From positions 297,124-361,123 of the forward strand of contig JANBVJ010000001.1 of NCBI GenBank assembly GCA_024239055.1: a stretch of DNA of 64,000 nucleotides, read 5' to 3'. This stretch comes from Patescibacteria group bacterium (GTDB lineage: Bacteria > Patescibacteriota > Minisyncoccia > Minisyncoccales > UBA10102). Of this stretch, positions 27,371 to 37,317 are shown piece by piece. Position numbers and translations under genes: made by a program. The first letter of the stretch is position 1; each line of letters begins with the position of its first letter. The notes under the pieces are model-generated. The model had not been told where the DNA came from. It was given only the letters and a program-made list of their open reading frames with translations, and ran no database searches.

Positions 27371-28249
27371 TCAACTTCTTTTCCTAAGGCGAGCCCAGAG
27401 GAGTAATAAGGGTGGAGCAACAAACAAAGAAGAGTAGGTACCAGCTATCACACCAATAATCAAAGCTAAAGCAAAGTATCTCAAGGTTTCACCCCCAAGA
27501 ACAAAGATAGAGACTAAAACAAGGAGTGTTGTGAAAGAAGTACTCAGAGAACGCAAAATGGTCTGACGCAAAGATATGTTTATGGTATCTTGAAATGACG
27601 TTCCTACTTTTCTTTGTAAGTTTTCTCGTATCCTGTCAAATACCACTACTGTGTCGTTAATAGAGTACCCAAGTACAGTAAGCAAACCAACGACAACGGG
27701 AATGGTAAACTGTACTCCAAAATATGCTCCCAGGAAAGCAAACACTCCCATAGGTATTAAAAAGTCATGAAGCAGTGCCACAACGGCAGCGGCACTATAA
27801 TGCCAAGAACGCAGAGGTTCTGCCATTCGCCGAAAGGCAATAATGATATACAGCACAATTGCGAACAAGGCCAAGAAAGCCATCATAAAAACCTTACCTC
27901 TTAATTCCATTCCAATAACAGGACCTATGGCCTCAAATCTCATCTCTCCCACTCCCTCCCCAAGAGCAGACAATACCAGCTGGTGCACGTCTTCTGTGAG
28001 AAACGGTGTACGAATCAACATTCCATTTTCCCCTATGGGTTGAACATATGAAGAACCAAGCTCAAAATCAGAAAGTATATCTTGAACTTCCCCTACCTCA
28101 GGTCTATCGTTTTCATAGGAAACTTCCATAATACTACCACCCGTAAAGTCAATTCCTAAATTCAGGCCAAAGACAGCCAAAGCCGCAATAGAAACAGCAA
28201 CAAAGAACAAGGAGATATAAAAGAGAATTTTTCCGTATTGTACAAACAT
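27371..28249 (-). CDS. secF: Protein translocase subunit SecF
   Basis: 292 aa, 6 TM, GxDFTGG motif (GIDFTGGS). Downstream of secD. Confidence 0.9.
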   Translation of the reverse strand: MFVQYGKILFYISLFFVAVSIAALAVFGLNLGIDFTGGSIMEVSYENDRPEVGEVQDILSDFELGSSYVQPIGENGMLIRTPFLTEDVHQLVLSALGEGVGEMRFEAIGPVIGMELRGKVFMMAFLALFAIVLYIIIAFRRMAEPLRSWHYSAAAVVALLHDFLIPMGVFAFLGAYFGVQFTIPVVVGLLTVLGYSINDTVVVFDRIRENLQRKVGTSFQDTINISLRQTILRSLSTSFTTLLVLVSIFVLGGETLRYFALALIIGVIAGTYSSLFVAPPLLLLWARLRKRS

Positions 28250-28250
28250 A

Positions 28251-29603
28251 TTATTTAAACAGCCATGTAAAACGGGTAATAGTAGTTGTGGAACATAATC
28301 TTAATAAGTTCTTTGTAATAATGGTTGCAGAAAACATGCTTAAAATAACACCAATAAAAAGCATTAAGGCGAACCCCTGAACAAATGATGTACCAAACCA
28401 AAATAGAATAAGAGCTACCAATAAGGTAGTAATGTTACCATCCCGGATAGATGGCCATGCCCTGCGGAATCCTTCTTCCACCGCACTCCCAAAACTTCTG
28501 CCGTCCCGCAACTCTTCGCGGAGTCGCGCAAAGATTAAAATATTTGCGTCAACCGCCATTCCAATAGATAAAACAAGTCCTCCTATGCCAGCTAAAGTGA
28601 ATGTGGCTCCAATACCCTTAAAAAAGGCAAGTACAAAGGCCATGTACATAAGTAATGCCAGAGACGCCAAAAGCCCTGGTAGACGGTAAAAAAGAATTAA
28701 AAATACAACAATTAATATAAGTCCTATTACTCCTGCTCTTAAACTCTCCTGCAAAGAAATGGCTCCCAATGTAGGCCCTACGCTTAATTGAGATAACAGA
28801 GTAATGGGTACTGGAAGTGCTCCTGCATTTAACTCACGAACTATCTGACGCGCCTCTTGTAATGTAAAGACTCCCGTAATCTGGGCTGAACCCCCTGAAA
28901 TTGCTGATTGCACAATGGGAGACTGGATAGGAATGCCATCAAGATAAATGGCAAGAGGCAGGCCAATATTACGTGCGGTTATCTCCTCAAATAACTCAGA
29001 ACCTTCATCATCAAATTGTAAAAGAATCTGGGGCTGTTGTGTAATATTATCAAAATCAATAGAGGCTTTTTCTAAGTACTTTCCTGTGAGTTTAGTTACT
29101 ACAAACGGATTTCCTGTAAGCTCAGCTGTTTCGTCTCCTTGTGCATCTCTGGCTTCTTGAGTAAGTTCCCGGAAGTCTAGGAATGGAGTCTGTCCTATCA
29201 TCTGAACAGCTAGAGCAGGGTCTACGATACCGGCTAACTCTACAATAAGGCGTCTGGAATCTCCCGAACCCTCGGTCTGTACTAAGGGTTCTGTAACACC
29301 AAACAAGTTAACTCTTCTCTCAATAACGTCTCTTAGTCCTTCCATTGACTCGTCATACTCAAAAGAAGCAATAGCTGACAGATCTGCCTCATATACCAAA
29401 TGAATACCTCCCTGAAGATCTAAGCCTAATTTAAAAGGAGTCTCAGGAATGTGTGAGACAACTGGAATGACAGAAAAACTTTCTGTTTGTGTATTAAAAG
29501 AATCAATTACCTTATTTGTATAGCTAGGGTAATCAAAAGCTGCGGCCACCACAGCTAATGCCGCTACAAGAGTTAAGAGAATAACAACATTGCGTTTTCT
29601 CAT
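28251..29603 (-). CDS. secD: Protein translocase subunit SecD
   Basis: 450 aa. N-terminal TM, periplasmic domain, C-terminal 5 TM. LGLDLQGG motif. Confidence 0.9.
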   Translation of the reverse strand: MRKRNVVILLTLVAALAVVAAAFDYPSYTNKVIDSFNTQTESFSVIPVVSHIPETPFKLGLDLQGGIHLVYEADLSAIASFEYDESMEGLRDVIERRVNLFGVTEPLVQTEGSGDSRRLIVELAGIVDPALAVQMIGQTPFLDFRELTQEARDAQGDETAELTGNPFVVTKLTGKYLEKASIDFDNITQQPQILLQFDDEGSELFEEITARNIGLPLAIYLDGIPIQSPIVQSAISGGSAQITGVFTLQEARQIVRELNAGALPVPITLLSQLSVGPTLGAISLQESLRAGVIGLILIVVFLILFYRLPGLLASLALLMYMAFVLAFFKGIGATFTLAGIGGLVLSIGMAVDANILIFARLREELRDGRSFGSAVEEGFRRAWPSIRDGNITTLLVALILFWFGTSFVQGFALMLFIGVILSMFSATIITKNLLRLCSTTTITRFTWLFK

Positions 29604-29620
29604 CTTTCATATCCTACCAC

Positions 29621-30253
29621 CTATAATCCCGCTAGTAAAGCTGAAATAATACCTATTAGAAAGATGCCGTCAAACACTCCGGCTCCCCCAATAGATAGAA
29701 TTCCCTGTCCTTCTTTAATCACACGTGGAAGGTGTAATAAATCAGCTCCTATTAAAACTCCAGAGGTTCCTGCGATAAAAGCAACAAGTGGGGCATATCC
29801 GGGAGCTGCCACAAAGGCAATTACGGCAACAATTACGGCAGAAAGAAGAGCTGGGACTGCAATACCCTTACCTGGAATGAATTTAGCTAAGTAATAAGAA
29901 ACTGCGGTCATTAATACAATGGGAATAACAACCAACTCAAGAGGAACCTTTGTTAAAAGATATAAAGAGATAAGTAAGGGAATAACGGCTCCACCAACAT
30001 TAATAGATAAGCCTTGGGCAATAAACTTCTTTTTTCTTATTAAACCAAAAAAATGTGTTTCTTCCACCTCTACAATCCTTCTTCTACCTAATGGAATATT
30101 TATTAAAGAACCTAAAAGCATAATAGCTAAAATACCAATAACAAATTCTGGAGCTATACCAAGATTCTCAAACCCAATCCTTATTACTTGAAAGAACCCC
30201 AGAATAATCAAAAATGGGATTGCTAATATAAAGAGAATAATCAAAAGGAGCAT
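29621..30253 (-). CDS. Integral membrane protein of unknown function (DUF1614-like, tentative)
   Basis: 210 aa, ~6 TM, Gly/Ala/Ile-rich. Sits between the nucleotidyltransferase gene and secD. Confidence 0.5.
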   Translation of the reverse strand: MLLLIILFILAIPFLIILGFFQVIRIGFENLGIAPEFVIGILAIMLLGSLINIPLGRRRIVEVEETHFFGLIRKKKFIAQGLSINVGGAVIPLLISLYLLTKVPLELVVIPIVLMTAVSYYLAKFIPGKGIAVPALLSAVIVAVIAFVAAPGYAPLVAFIAGTSGVLIGADLLHLPRVIKEGQGILSIGGAGVFDGIFLIGIISALLAGL

Positions 30254-30255
30254 AC

Positions 30256-30693
30256 CTATTTATCCTTCTTAAAATCCTTGAGTAACCAAGAGCTTGACTG
30301 CACCTTACCTCCTTTTCCAACGTTAAATACCATTTCGCACCCAACCTCCTCACATGCAGCAACCTCTGGAATATTCTTTTTAACTCTATCCCCGCCGTTA
30401 GCAAAAATATCTGGTTGTATTCTCTTTAAGTCCTCTACAACACTCATATCTTCTGGATTAGATGGATGTTGTGAGAGTACTACCCTATCAACAGCAGAAA
30501 GTGCCTCTAGAATCTCCTTGCGCTCATCTTGTGGCATAAAAACAAATCCTTTCTTTTTTAACAACCAATTATCATTATTTAAAATAACTACAAGTTCATC
30601 CCCAAGCTTCCTTGCTTCTTTAAACAAACGAATATGCCCAATATGAATAGGATCATACCCGCCTGAGACAACTACAATTCTTTTTTTATTCAT
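30256..30693 (-). CDS. Cytidylyl/adenylyltransferase family protein (HldE domain II / RfaE2-like)
   Basis: 145 aa. VVSGGYDPIHIGHIRLF (HxGH nucleotidyltransferase motif) and ANGGDR motif collinear with the E. coli HldE C-terminal domain. Confidence 0.75.
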   Translation of the reverse strand: MNKKRIVVVSGGYDPIHIGHIRLFKEARKLGDELVVILNNDNWLLKKKGFVFMPQDERKEILEALSAVDRVVLSQHPSNPEDMSVVEDLKRIQPDIFANGGDRVKKNIPEVAACEEVGCEMVFNVGKGGKVQSSSWLLKDFKKDK

Positions 30694-30699
30694 GAAATA

Positions 30700-33156
30700 T
30701 TATCCTTTATGCTGTGGCGAATTAATCATACCGCACCGTTTGTACTTCAAACCCGAACCACAGGGGCACGGATCATTCCTTCCAATCTTATTTGCTCTTG
30801 ATTGTGAAACCGTAACGTGAGAATGTGGTTGCCTGTTCTGAGAATTTACCTGAATACGCATTAAGGAATGCGCAATCATATTATCCATATTAGAAAGCAA
30901 ATCCTTATACATACGATGTCCTTCTGACTTATATTCCACAAGAGGGTCTTTCTGCCCATAAGCACGCAGTCTGACTGAGTCTCTTAACTGCTCCATGTTC
31001 TCTAAATGCTCCATCCATAAGGAATCAATAACCTTTAAAGGTACGAACTTCTCGGCTTCCGCCATACGTTCCTCTCCGAGTTCTTCTTCCTTTGCCATAT
31101 AGGTTTGTTCAGAATATTCTTTCTGGGAAAGAACAATATCTATAAGATACGGCTTTAGTTCCTTTTTCTCAGCTAACTCAAGTATTTCATTTCTCTTTTT
31201 GTATACAGCTTCCCTGTGATGATTAAGAACATCGTCATAGTCCAAAAGATGTTTTCTTGCGTCAAAGTTCATACCCTCCACCTTTGACTGGGCTGAACCC
31301 AAGGCATTGGTAACTATCTTTGACTCAATAGGCTGATCTTCTGCAATATTCATCTTATCCATCATGCCCTTAATGCGATCCCCTCCAAAGATACGCATTA
31401 AATCATCTTCCAAAGATACTAGAAATACAGAAGACCCTGGGTCTCCCTGACGACCAGACCTTCCTCGCAGCTGGTTATCAATACGTCTGGCCTCATGTCT
31501 TTCTGTTCCAATAATATGCAGCCCTCCTGCTGCTTTTACCTTTTCAGCCTCACTTTCTGAAGCGGGATTGCCTCCAAGCACAATATCCACTCCCCTTCCT
31601 GCCATGTTTGTCGCTACTGTTACTGCTGAAAGGCGACCGGCTTGGGCAATAATCTCACCCTCCTGCTCGTGCTGCTTTGCATTTAGGATTTTGTGCTGAA
31701 TGCCCTCTCTGGTCAATAACCTTCCAAGCTGTTCGTTCTTTTCAATGGAAACCGTACCTATGAGCACGGGCTGCCCTTTTTCATGGCGTTCTTTTATCTC
31801 TTTCACCACAGCCTGAAGTTTTCCATTAGCTGTCTTGTACACGCGGTCGGGCTTATCCTCTCGAATAATGGGTTTGTTTGGAGGAACAATAACAGTATCT
31901 AAATGATAGACCTTATGAAACTCTTCTGCTGATGTGGCTGCAGTACCCGTCATTCCTGCAATCTTTTTATACATACGAAAGTAATTCTGAAAGGTAACGG
32001 AAGCCAATGTAATGGATTCTGCCTGAACCTGCACGCCTTCTTTTGCTTCCAATGCCTGATGCAGACCTCCAGAAAAGCGGCGCCCGGGCAATAAACGTCC
32101 AGTAAACTCGTCCACAATCATAACCTGCCCTTCTCGTACTACATAATCTTTATCTCGCTGAAATAGTGTTTGCGCTTTTAAAGCTTGTTCTAGATGATGC
32201 AAATACTTAATCCCCTTTTCCTGATAAATATCCTTAACTCCTGCCAGCGCCTCCACCTTATCTATGCCTACTTCCGTTAATGTTACGGCCTTCATTTTCT
32301 CATCTATCTGGTAATGTTCATCCTTTTTTAACTGAGGGATCAATCTTGCAAAGTCAGCATACCAGTTAGAACTCTCGCTATCTGGAGCTGAAATAATTAA
32401 AGGAGTTCTTGATTCGTCAATCAGCACAGAGTCAACTTCGTCAATAATCACGTAATTGTGCCCCCGCTGAACCTTAGCCTCTAAAGAATAGGCCATATTG
32501 TCTCGCAAGTAGTCAAAGCCAAACTCGTTGTTGGTGCCATACGTTACATCAGCTGCATACGCCTCCTTTCTCTCTACGGGGCGCAGATAGCTTTCTTGCA
32601 CCTTAAACCCTCCTACATCATCCCTTTCTTCATCTAACTCTTCAGAACCTTTAAAATCCGGGTCATAAACAAAGGAGGAATCGTGAGCAATACATCCAAC
32701 AGATATTCCAAGTGCATGATATATCTGACCCATCCAGACTGTGTCTCTTTTTGTCAGATAATCGTTTACGGTAACCAAGTGAACTCCTTTTCCCTCAAGA
32801 GCATTCAAATAAATGGCTAGTGTAGAAGTAAGAGTCTTTCCTTCACCAGTTCTCATTTCTGCAATCTTGCCTTGATGTAGAACAATTCCTCCAATTAATT
32901 GAACATCAAAATGTCTTTGGTCCAAAGTTCTAACAGCAGCCTCTCTTGTTAAAGTAAAAGCCTCAACTAATACATCGTCTAATGACTTTCCTTCTTTTAA
33001 TTGTTCTTGTAATTCTTTTGTCTTTTCCTTTAACTGCACATCTGAAAGCTTCTGCATTTCTGGCTCCAATGCATTTATTTCTGCAACCTTAGGATTCAGC
33101 TTCTTTATGGATGACTCATTTGCATCCCCAAGAATAGCTTTAAATATGTTTGCCAT
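30700..33156 (-). CDS. secA: Preprotein translocase ATPase SecA
   Basis: 818 aa. DEAD-like motor motifs (MRTGEGKT, VIIDEVDS), C-terminal zinc finger CPCGSGLKYKRC. Confidence 0.95.
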   Translation of the reverse strand: MANIFKAILGDANESSIKKLNPKVAEINALEPEMQKLSDVQLKEKTKELQEQLKEGKSLDDVLVEAFTLTREAAVRTLDQRHFDVQLIGGIVLHQGKIAEMRTGEGKTLTSTLAIYLNALEGKGVHLVTVNDYLTKRDTVWMGQIYHALGISVGCIAHDSSFVYDPDFKGSEELDEERDDVGGFKVQESYLRPVERKEAYAADVTYGTNNEFGFDYLRDNMAYSLEAKVQRGHNYVIIDEVDSVLIDESRTPLIISAPDSESSNWYADFARLIPQLKKDEHYQIDEKMKAVTLTEVGIDKVEALAGVKDIYQEKGIKYLHHLEQALKAQTLFQRDKDYVVREGQVMIVDEFTGRLLPGRRFSGGLHQALEAKEGVQVQAESITLASVTFQNYFRMYKKIAGMTGTAATSAEEFHKVYHLDTVIVPPNKPIIREDKPDRVYKTANGKLQAVVKEIKERHEKGQPVLIGTVSIEKNEQLGRLLTREGIQHKILNAKQHEQEGEIIAQAGRLSAVTVATNMAGRGVDIVLGGNPASESEAEKVKAAGGLHIIGTERHEARRIDNQLRGRSGRQGDPGSSVFLVSLEDDLMRIFGGDRIKGMMDKMNIAEDQPIESKIVTNALGSAQSKVEGMNFDARKHLLDYDDVLNHHREAVYKKRNEILELAEKKELKPYLIDIVLSQKEYSEQTYMAKEEELGEERMAEAEKFVPLKVIDSLWMEHLENMEQLRDSVRLRAYGQKDPLVEYKSEGHRMYKDLLSNMDNMIAHSLMRIQVNSQNRQPHSHVTVSQSRANKIGRNDPCPCGSGLKYKRCGMINSPQHKG

Positions 33157-33158
33157 AT

Positions 33159-34139
33159 CTATGCAATATACTGCACTTCTTCTTCTAATTCCACCCCGTA
33201 CTTGTCTTTTATAATAGTCTTTACCTTTTTAGTAAGGGAGAGGACATCTTTAGCTGTAGCTCCTCCAAGGTTCACAATGTAGTTTGGGTGCTTTTCTGAA
33301 ACCTGTGCTGCACCCTCTTTCATCCCTTGCAACCTGGCTTCAGCTATTAAGGCTGCTGTTGGAAGCACAGGAAAGGGATCTACCTTTATCGCGTCCTTAA
33401 ACTGTTCTTGAACCTCATGGGGCACATTCTTTAAATCAGAGTTCTTAAACATTGAGCCTGCGTTCGGGTACTCTAAAGGATGGTACTTTTCTCTATGTTT
33501 AATGTTTGAGGCCGCAACTCTCTCAATTTCCTCTTTATTACCCTCTTTCAACTCAAATGTGGCAGATAACACAATCAAGTTCTTTTTCTTAAATATTGAG
33601 CTTCGGTATCCAAACTCACACTCTTTATTTGATAATATGCGTACTTCTTTATTCTCATCTAATATATCAACACTCACTATATTGTCTTTTGTCTCGCCTC
33701 CAAAGGCTCCTGCATTGCCACGTACAGCCCCTCCTACAGAGCCAGGAAGCCCTCCAGCCCACTCAAGGCCAGATAATCCCCTATTGCCTGTTTCTTTAAC
33801 TAAGGTGGAGACAGAAACTCCGGCTCCAGCTGTAACTATTGTGCTCTCAATAGTCCACTCCATATTCTCCATAAGAATTACCAGGCCGTTAAAGCCTTCA
33901 TCTGAAACAAGAACATTACTACCTCCAGCCAAAATAAAAAACGGCATTCCAATCTTTGTGGCTGCCCCTATTGCTTCTTTTATATCCTCTGTTGTTTTTG
34001 CTTCAAATAGATACTGTGCCGGCCCGCCAATCTTAAAGGTTGTAAGGGGAGCCAACGCTACATTCCTTTCTACCTGAGGCAGTAATTCTGAAAGTTCCAT
34101 AATCATAAATCCCAATGAACCGGGAGCGTTAAACTCCAA
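33159..34139 (-). CDS. murB: UDP-N-acetylenolpyruvoylglucosamine reductase MurB
   Basis: FAD-binding PCMH domain (ILAGGSNVLV, GLEWAGGLPGSVGGAVRGNAGAFG), C-terminal MurB domain. 326 aa. Confidence 0.85.
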   Translation of the reverse strand: MEFNAPGSLGFMIMELSELLPQVERNVALAPLTTFKIGGPAQYLFEAKTTEDIKEAIGAATKIGMPFFILAGGSNVLVSDEGFNGLVILMENMEWTIESTIVTAGAGVSVSTLVKETGNRGLSGLEWAGGLPGSVGGAVRGNAGAFGGETKDNIVSVDILDENKEVRILSNKECEFGYRSSIFKKKNLIVLSATFELKEGNKEEIERVAASNIKHREKYHPLEYPNAGSMFKNSDLKNVPHEVQEQFKDAIKVDPFPVLPTAALIAEARLQGMKEGAAQVSEKHPNYIVNLGGATAKDVLSLTKKVKTIIKDKYGVELEEEVQYIA

Positions 34140-34197
34140 CTTGTAAGTCTATGTGAGTGCTGCCTCCCGATTCGTATTTATACTAGCAAAATCTCTA

Positions 34198-34227
34198 TAA
34201 AAAGCAAAAGACCCCGAGGGGTCTTTT
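34198..34227 (-). terminator. Intrinsic terminator at the 3' end of the glycan operon (before murB)
   Basis: aaaagaccc-cgag-gggtctttt perfect 9-bp stem, followed on the minus strand by GCTTTTTAT. Confidence 0.55.
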
Positions 34228-34325
34228 ACCGACTTACGTGAAGCAGTCATCCGAAGACGAACAGCTCTCACGGTTCCATTATATGCTATTTTTACTCTTT
34301 TGTCAACACAGAAAATTAAAGAAAA

Positions 34326-36188
34326 CTATTCATCTAATTTTGAAGTGTATGTTGGAATGAGTTTTTTCAAAATACGGATAATAATTGAGGGATCAGATAT
34401 ACGCATAAGTTCAACAAGTACCTTTTCTAATATAGATGGATTAATTGATGTAAGTTGTGCTACGAATATTTTTTGATTCTGAGTTTTAATTGTACCCTCT
34501 TCTGCTGTAAGTATCTCTTCAAATAACTTCTCCCCTGGTCTTAATCCTGTAAAAACAATGGGAATATCTTTATCTGACTCAAACCCTGAAAGTTTAATCA
34601 TATTTTTAGCTAAATCTAAAATCTTAATAGGTTCTCCCATATCCAAAACAAAAACTTCACCTCCTTTCTCCATAGCCCCTGCCTGCATTACTAGCAGACA
34701 AGCTTCAGGAGTAGTCATAAAATATCTTTGCATATCAGGATGCGTTACTACTACAGGACCACCTCTTTTAATTTGCTCCTCAAATATTGAAACAACATTT
34801 CCTCTACTATCTAATACATTACCAAATCGAACTGAGCAAAACTTTGTCTGATTCTTTTGATTCAATACTTCACATATCATCTCCCCTACGCGCTTCGTTG
34901 CTCCCATTACTGAAGTTGGGTTAACCGCCTTATCAGTAGAAATAAATACAAAATTATCTACATTATATTTCAAAGCACTCTCTGCAACTACCTTTGTTCC
35001 TCCAATATTATTCTTTACAGCCTCCAAAGCATCCAATTCCATTAATGGCACATGTTTATATGCTGCTGCATGAAAGACAATGTTAGGCTTAATCTTTGCA
35101 AAAAGCTTATCTATCTTTATCTCGTCCCCAATATCTCCAACCACAGACTCAAGTTTCACGTTTGGATATACTCGCTTCAACTCCCCTGAGATATGAAAAA
35201 TGCCAGTCTCATCTTGATCTATAAGAACTAAAAGAGACGGTTGAAATGATGCGGTTTGTCTAGCTATCTCAGAACCAATAGAACCAGCTGCTCCAGTAAC
35301 AAGAACAATCTTTCCTTTTATAAATGATTCTATAAGCTCGGTGTCCCTTGCAACAGACTCTCTCTGCAAAAGATCCTTTACCCGAACTTCGCGCACACTA
35401 CTCATTGAAATCTTTCCGCCAATAATTTCATTTAGTGAAGGAATAATTTTAATATCCTGAATTCCTGCCTGTCTGCCCAGATCAACCGCTTTCTTAATTA
35501 CATCTGAACCGGCAGAAGGAAGAGCAATAATAATCTCTTCAATATTATGAAACAATACAACCTTAGGAATATCATCTATCTTCCCCACTACTTTAACACC
35601 ATGAATAATCTCCCCCTTTTTACTATCCTTATCATCAACAAAACACTCTGGGTGATACTTTCCTTGTCCTGATATTATGCTCCTAACAAGTTGCTCTCCT
35701 GCATCCCCTGCTCCTACAATTAAAACCCTTCTGCACTTATCACCAATACTAGATATATTCTGCAGATAAACCCGCTTTGTCAGTCTTAAGCCACCTGTAG
35801 TTATAAATACAAGCATATAAGACATTAATAGGACAGAGCGTGGAAACTCTACAAAAGTATTATCTCTGAAAAGAAATATTGTCACTGCAATAATAATAAA
35901 ACTAAGAGTAACTGCTTTTAATAAAGAAAAGACTTCTTTTGTACTTACATACACCCAAGATATTGAATGAAGCCCAAAGAAATATAACATTGGCAAAACA
36001 ACTCCAAGAGAAGTAGCAAGTGTCCACTGAAAAACTCCATCTAAATATATAGTAGGAACAACTCCATCAAAACGTAGTAAAAATGCAAGAAGTACAGATA
36101 CTGTAATTAAAATAATATCAGCTGTAATAAAAAACAAAGTTCTTTTAATAGATGCACGCTGTATAAATTTCTGTAGAATATTATTCAT
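34326..36188 (-). CDS. Membrane-bound UDP-N-acetylhexosamine 4,6-dehydratase (WbpM/PglF/CapD family)
   Basis: 620 aa. N-terminal 4 TM, two Rossmann domains (VLIVGAGDAGEQL and LVTGAAGSIGSEIARQ), YxxxK catalytic region. Confidence 0.85.
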   Translation of the reverse strand: MNNILQKFIQRASIKRTLFFITADIILITVSVLLAFLLRFDGVVPTIYLDGVFQWTLATSLGVVLPMLYFFGLHSISWVYVSTKEVFSLLKAVTLSFIIIAVTIFLFRDNTFVEFPRSVLLMSYMLVFITTGGLRLTKRVYLQNISSIGDKCRRVLIVGAGDAGEQLVRSIISGQGKYHPECFVDDKDSKKGEIIHGVKVVGKIDDIPKVVLFHNIEEIIIALPSAGSDVIKKAVDLGRQAGIQDIKIIPSLNEIIGGKISMSSVREVRVKDLLQRESVARDTELIESFIKGKIVLVTGAAGSIGSEIARQTASFQPSLLVLIDQDETGIFHISGELKRVYPNVKLESVVGDIGDEIKIDKLFAKIKPNIVFHAAAYKHVPLMELDALEAVKNNIGGTKVVAESALKYNVDNFVFISTDKAVNPTSVMGATKRVGEMICEVLNQKNQTKFCSVRFGNVLDSRGNVVSIFEEQIKRGGPVVVTHPDMQRYFMTTPEACLLVMQAGAMEKGGEVFVLDMGEPIKILDLAKNMIKLSGFESDKDIPIVFTGLRPGEKLFEEILTAEEGTIKTQNQKIFVAQLTSINPSILEKVLVELMRISDPSIIIRILKKLIPTYTSKLDE

Positions 36189-37317
36189 GGTGTTTTATTG
36201 CCTTATCCAATACATCTACTACATATGCAATCTGCTTCTCTGTAATATTTGAAAAGAATGGAAGGGCAATAGTTCTATCACTCACATATTCTGTTATAGG
36301 AAAGTCTCCTCTCTTATATGAAAATGAGTCTACGTAGAAGGGTTGCAAATGAATTGGAGTAAAGTATGGACGACTCTGCACACCTTGGTCTTCAAGATAT
36401 TCAATAATTCTATCCCCCTGATCTTTCGTATATGAATCTGCAAGTTGAATAACATATACAAACCAGCTCATTGTAACGTCAGAAGATACAAAAGGAATTT
36501 GAACTCCTGTAATATTTTGCAGTGCTTTATTATATATTTCAGCTGCTTTAGTCCGCTTTAAAAGAATCTCTTCAAATCTATTTAATTGAGCAACTCCTAG
36601 GGCAGCCTGCATTTCAGGTAATCTATAATTATATCCAAGACGCACATGTTCCAGCCACTTGCCATCTTTTACCCTGCGTCCTTGATTTGCCATACTACGA
36701 GAAAGCTCGGCTATCTCTTCATTATCTGTAAGAACAACTCCCCCTTCTCCTGTAGTAAACTGTTTATTTGGATAAAAGGAAAAAACAGCAGCATCTCCAA
36801 AGCTTCCACATGCTTTATTTTTGTACTTTGCTCCTACCGCTTCCGCTGAATCCTCAATTACTTTAAGATTATGCTTTTTGGCAATATCTAAAATAGTATC
36901 CCAGTCAGCTGGATGACCAAAAACATCTACTGCAAGAATTGCTTTTGTTCTTGGTGTAATCTTTTCCTCAATTTTTTCAGGATCAATAGCAAGTGTATCT
37001 TTTTTAATATCACAAAAAACTGGGGTTGCTCCTTCATATAAAATACAATTTGAAGAAGCAATAAATGAAAATGGAGTTGTAATTACTTCGTCCCCCTTAC
37101 CAATTTGCAAAGAACGTATAATTAAATGTAAGGCCGAGGTGCCAGAGTTTACTCCTACAGCATATTTTCTTTCAGCTAATTCAGCCATCTGTTTCTCAAA
37201 CTCAACCAATCTTGGCCCCATACTCAAAGTTGGAGTCTTAAGCACCTCTAAAACTACTTGCTGATCTTCTGCTGTAATATCTGGTTGTGATAATGGAATT
37301 TTCATAATATTAGCCAT
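36181..37317 (-). CDS. DegT/DnrJ/EryC1/StrS family PLP-dependent sugar aminotransferase (PglE/WbpE-like)
   Basis: 378 aa. Conserved PLP-lysine region (SFYPNKQFTTGEGG), family-typical N-terminus (IPLSQPDITAED). Confidence 0.9.
   Translation of the reverse strand: MANIMKIPLSQPDITAEDQQVVLEVLKTPTLSMGPRLVEFEKQMAELAERKYAVGVNSGTSALHLIIRSLQIGKGDEVITTPFSFIASSNCILYEGATPVFCDIKKDTLAIDPEKIEEKITPRTKAILAVDVFGHPADWDTILDIAKKHNLKVIEDSAEAVGAKYKNKACGSFGDAAVFSFYPNKQFTTGEGGVVLTDNEEIAELSRSMANQGRRVKDGKWLEHVRLGYNYRLPEMQAALGVAQLNRFEEILLKRTKAAEIYNKALQNITGVQIPFVSSDVTMSWFVYVIQLADSYTKDQGDRIIEYLEDQGVQSRPYFTPIHLQPFYVDSFSYKRGDFPITEYVSDRTIALPFFSNITEKQIAYVVDVLDKAIKHHE

Noticed and set aside
33502-34077. 191-aa plus-strand ORF antisense to murB
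   Set aside because: Shadow ORF of a confidently identified gene. Pro/Ser-rich, with no start context.
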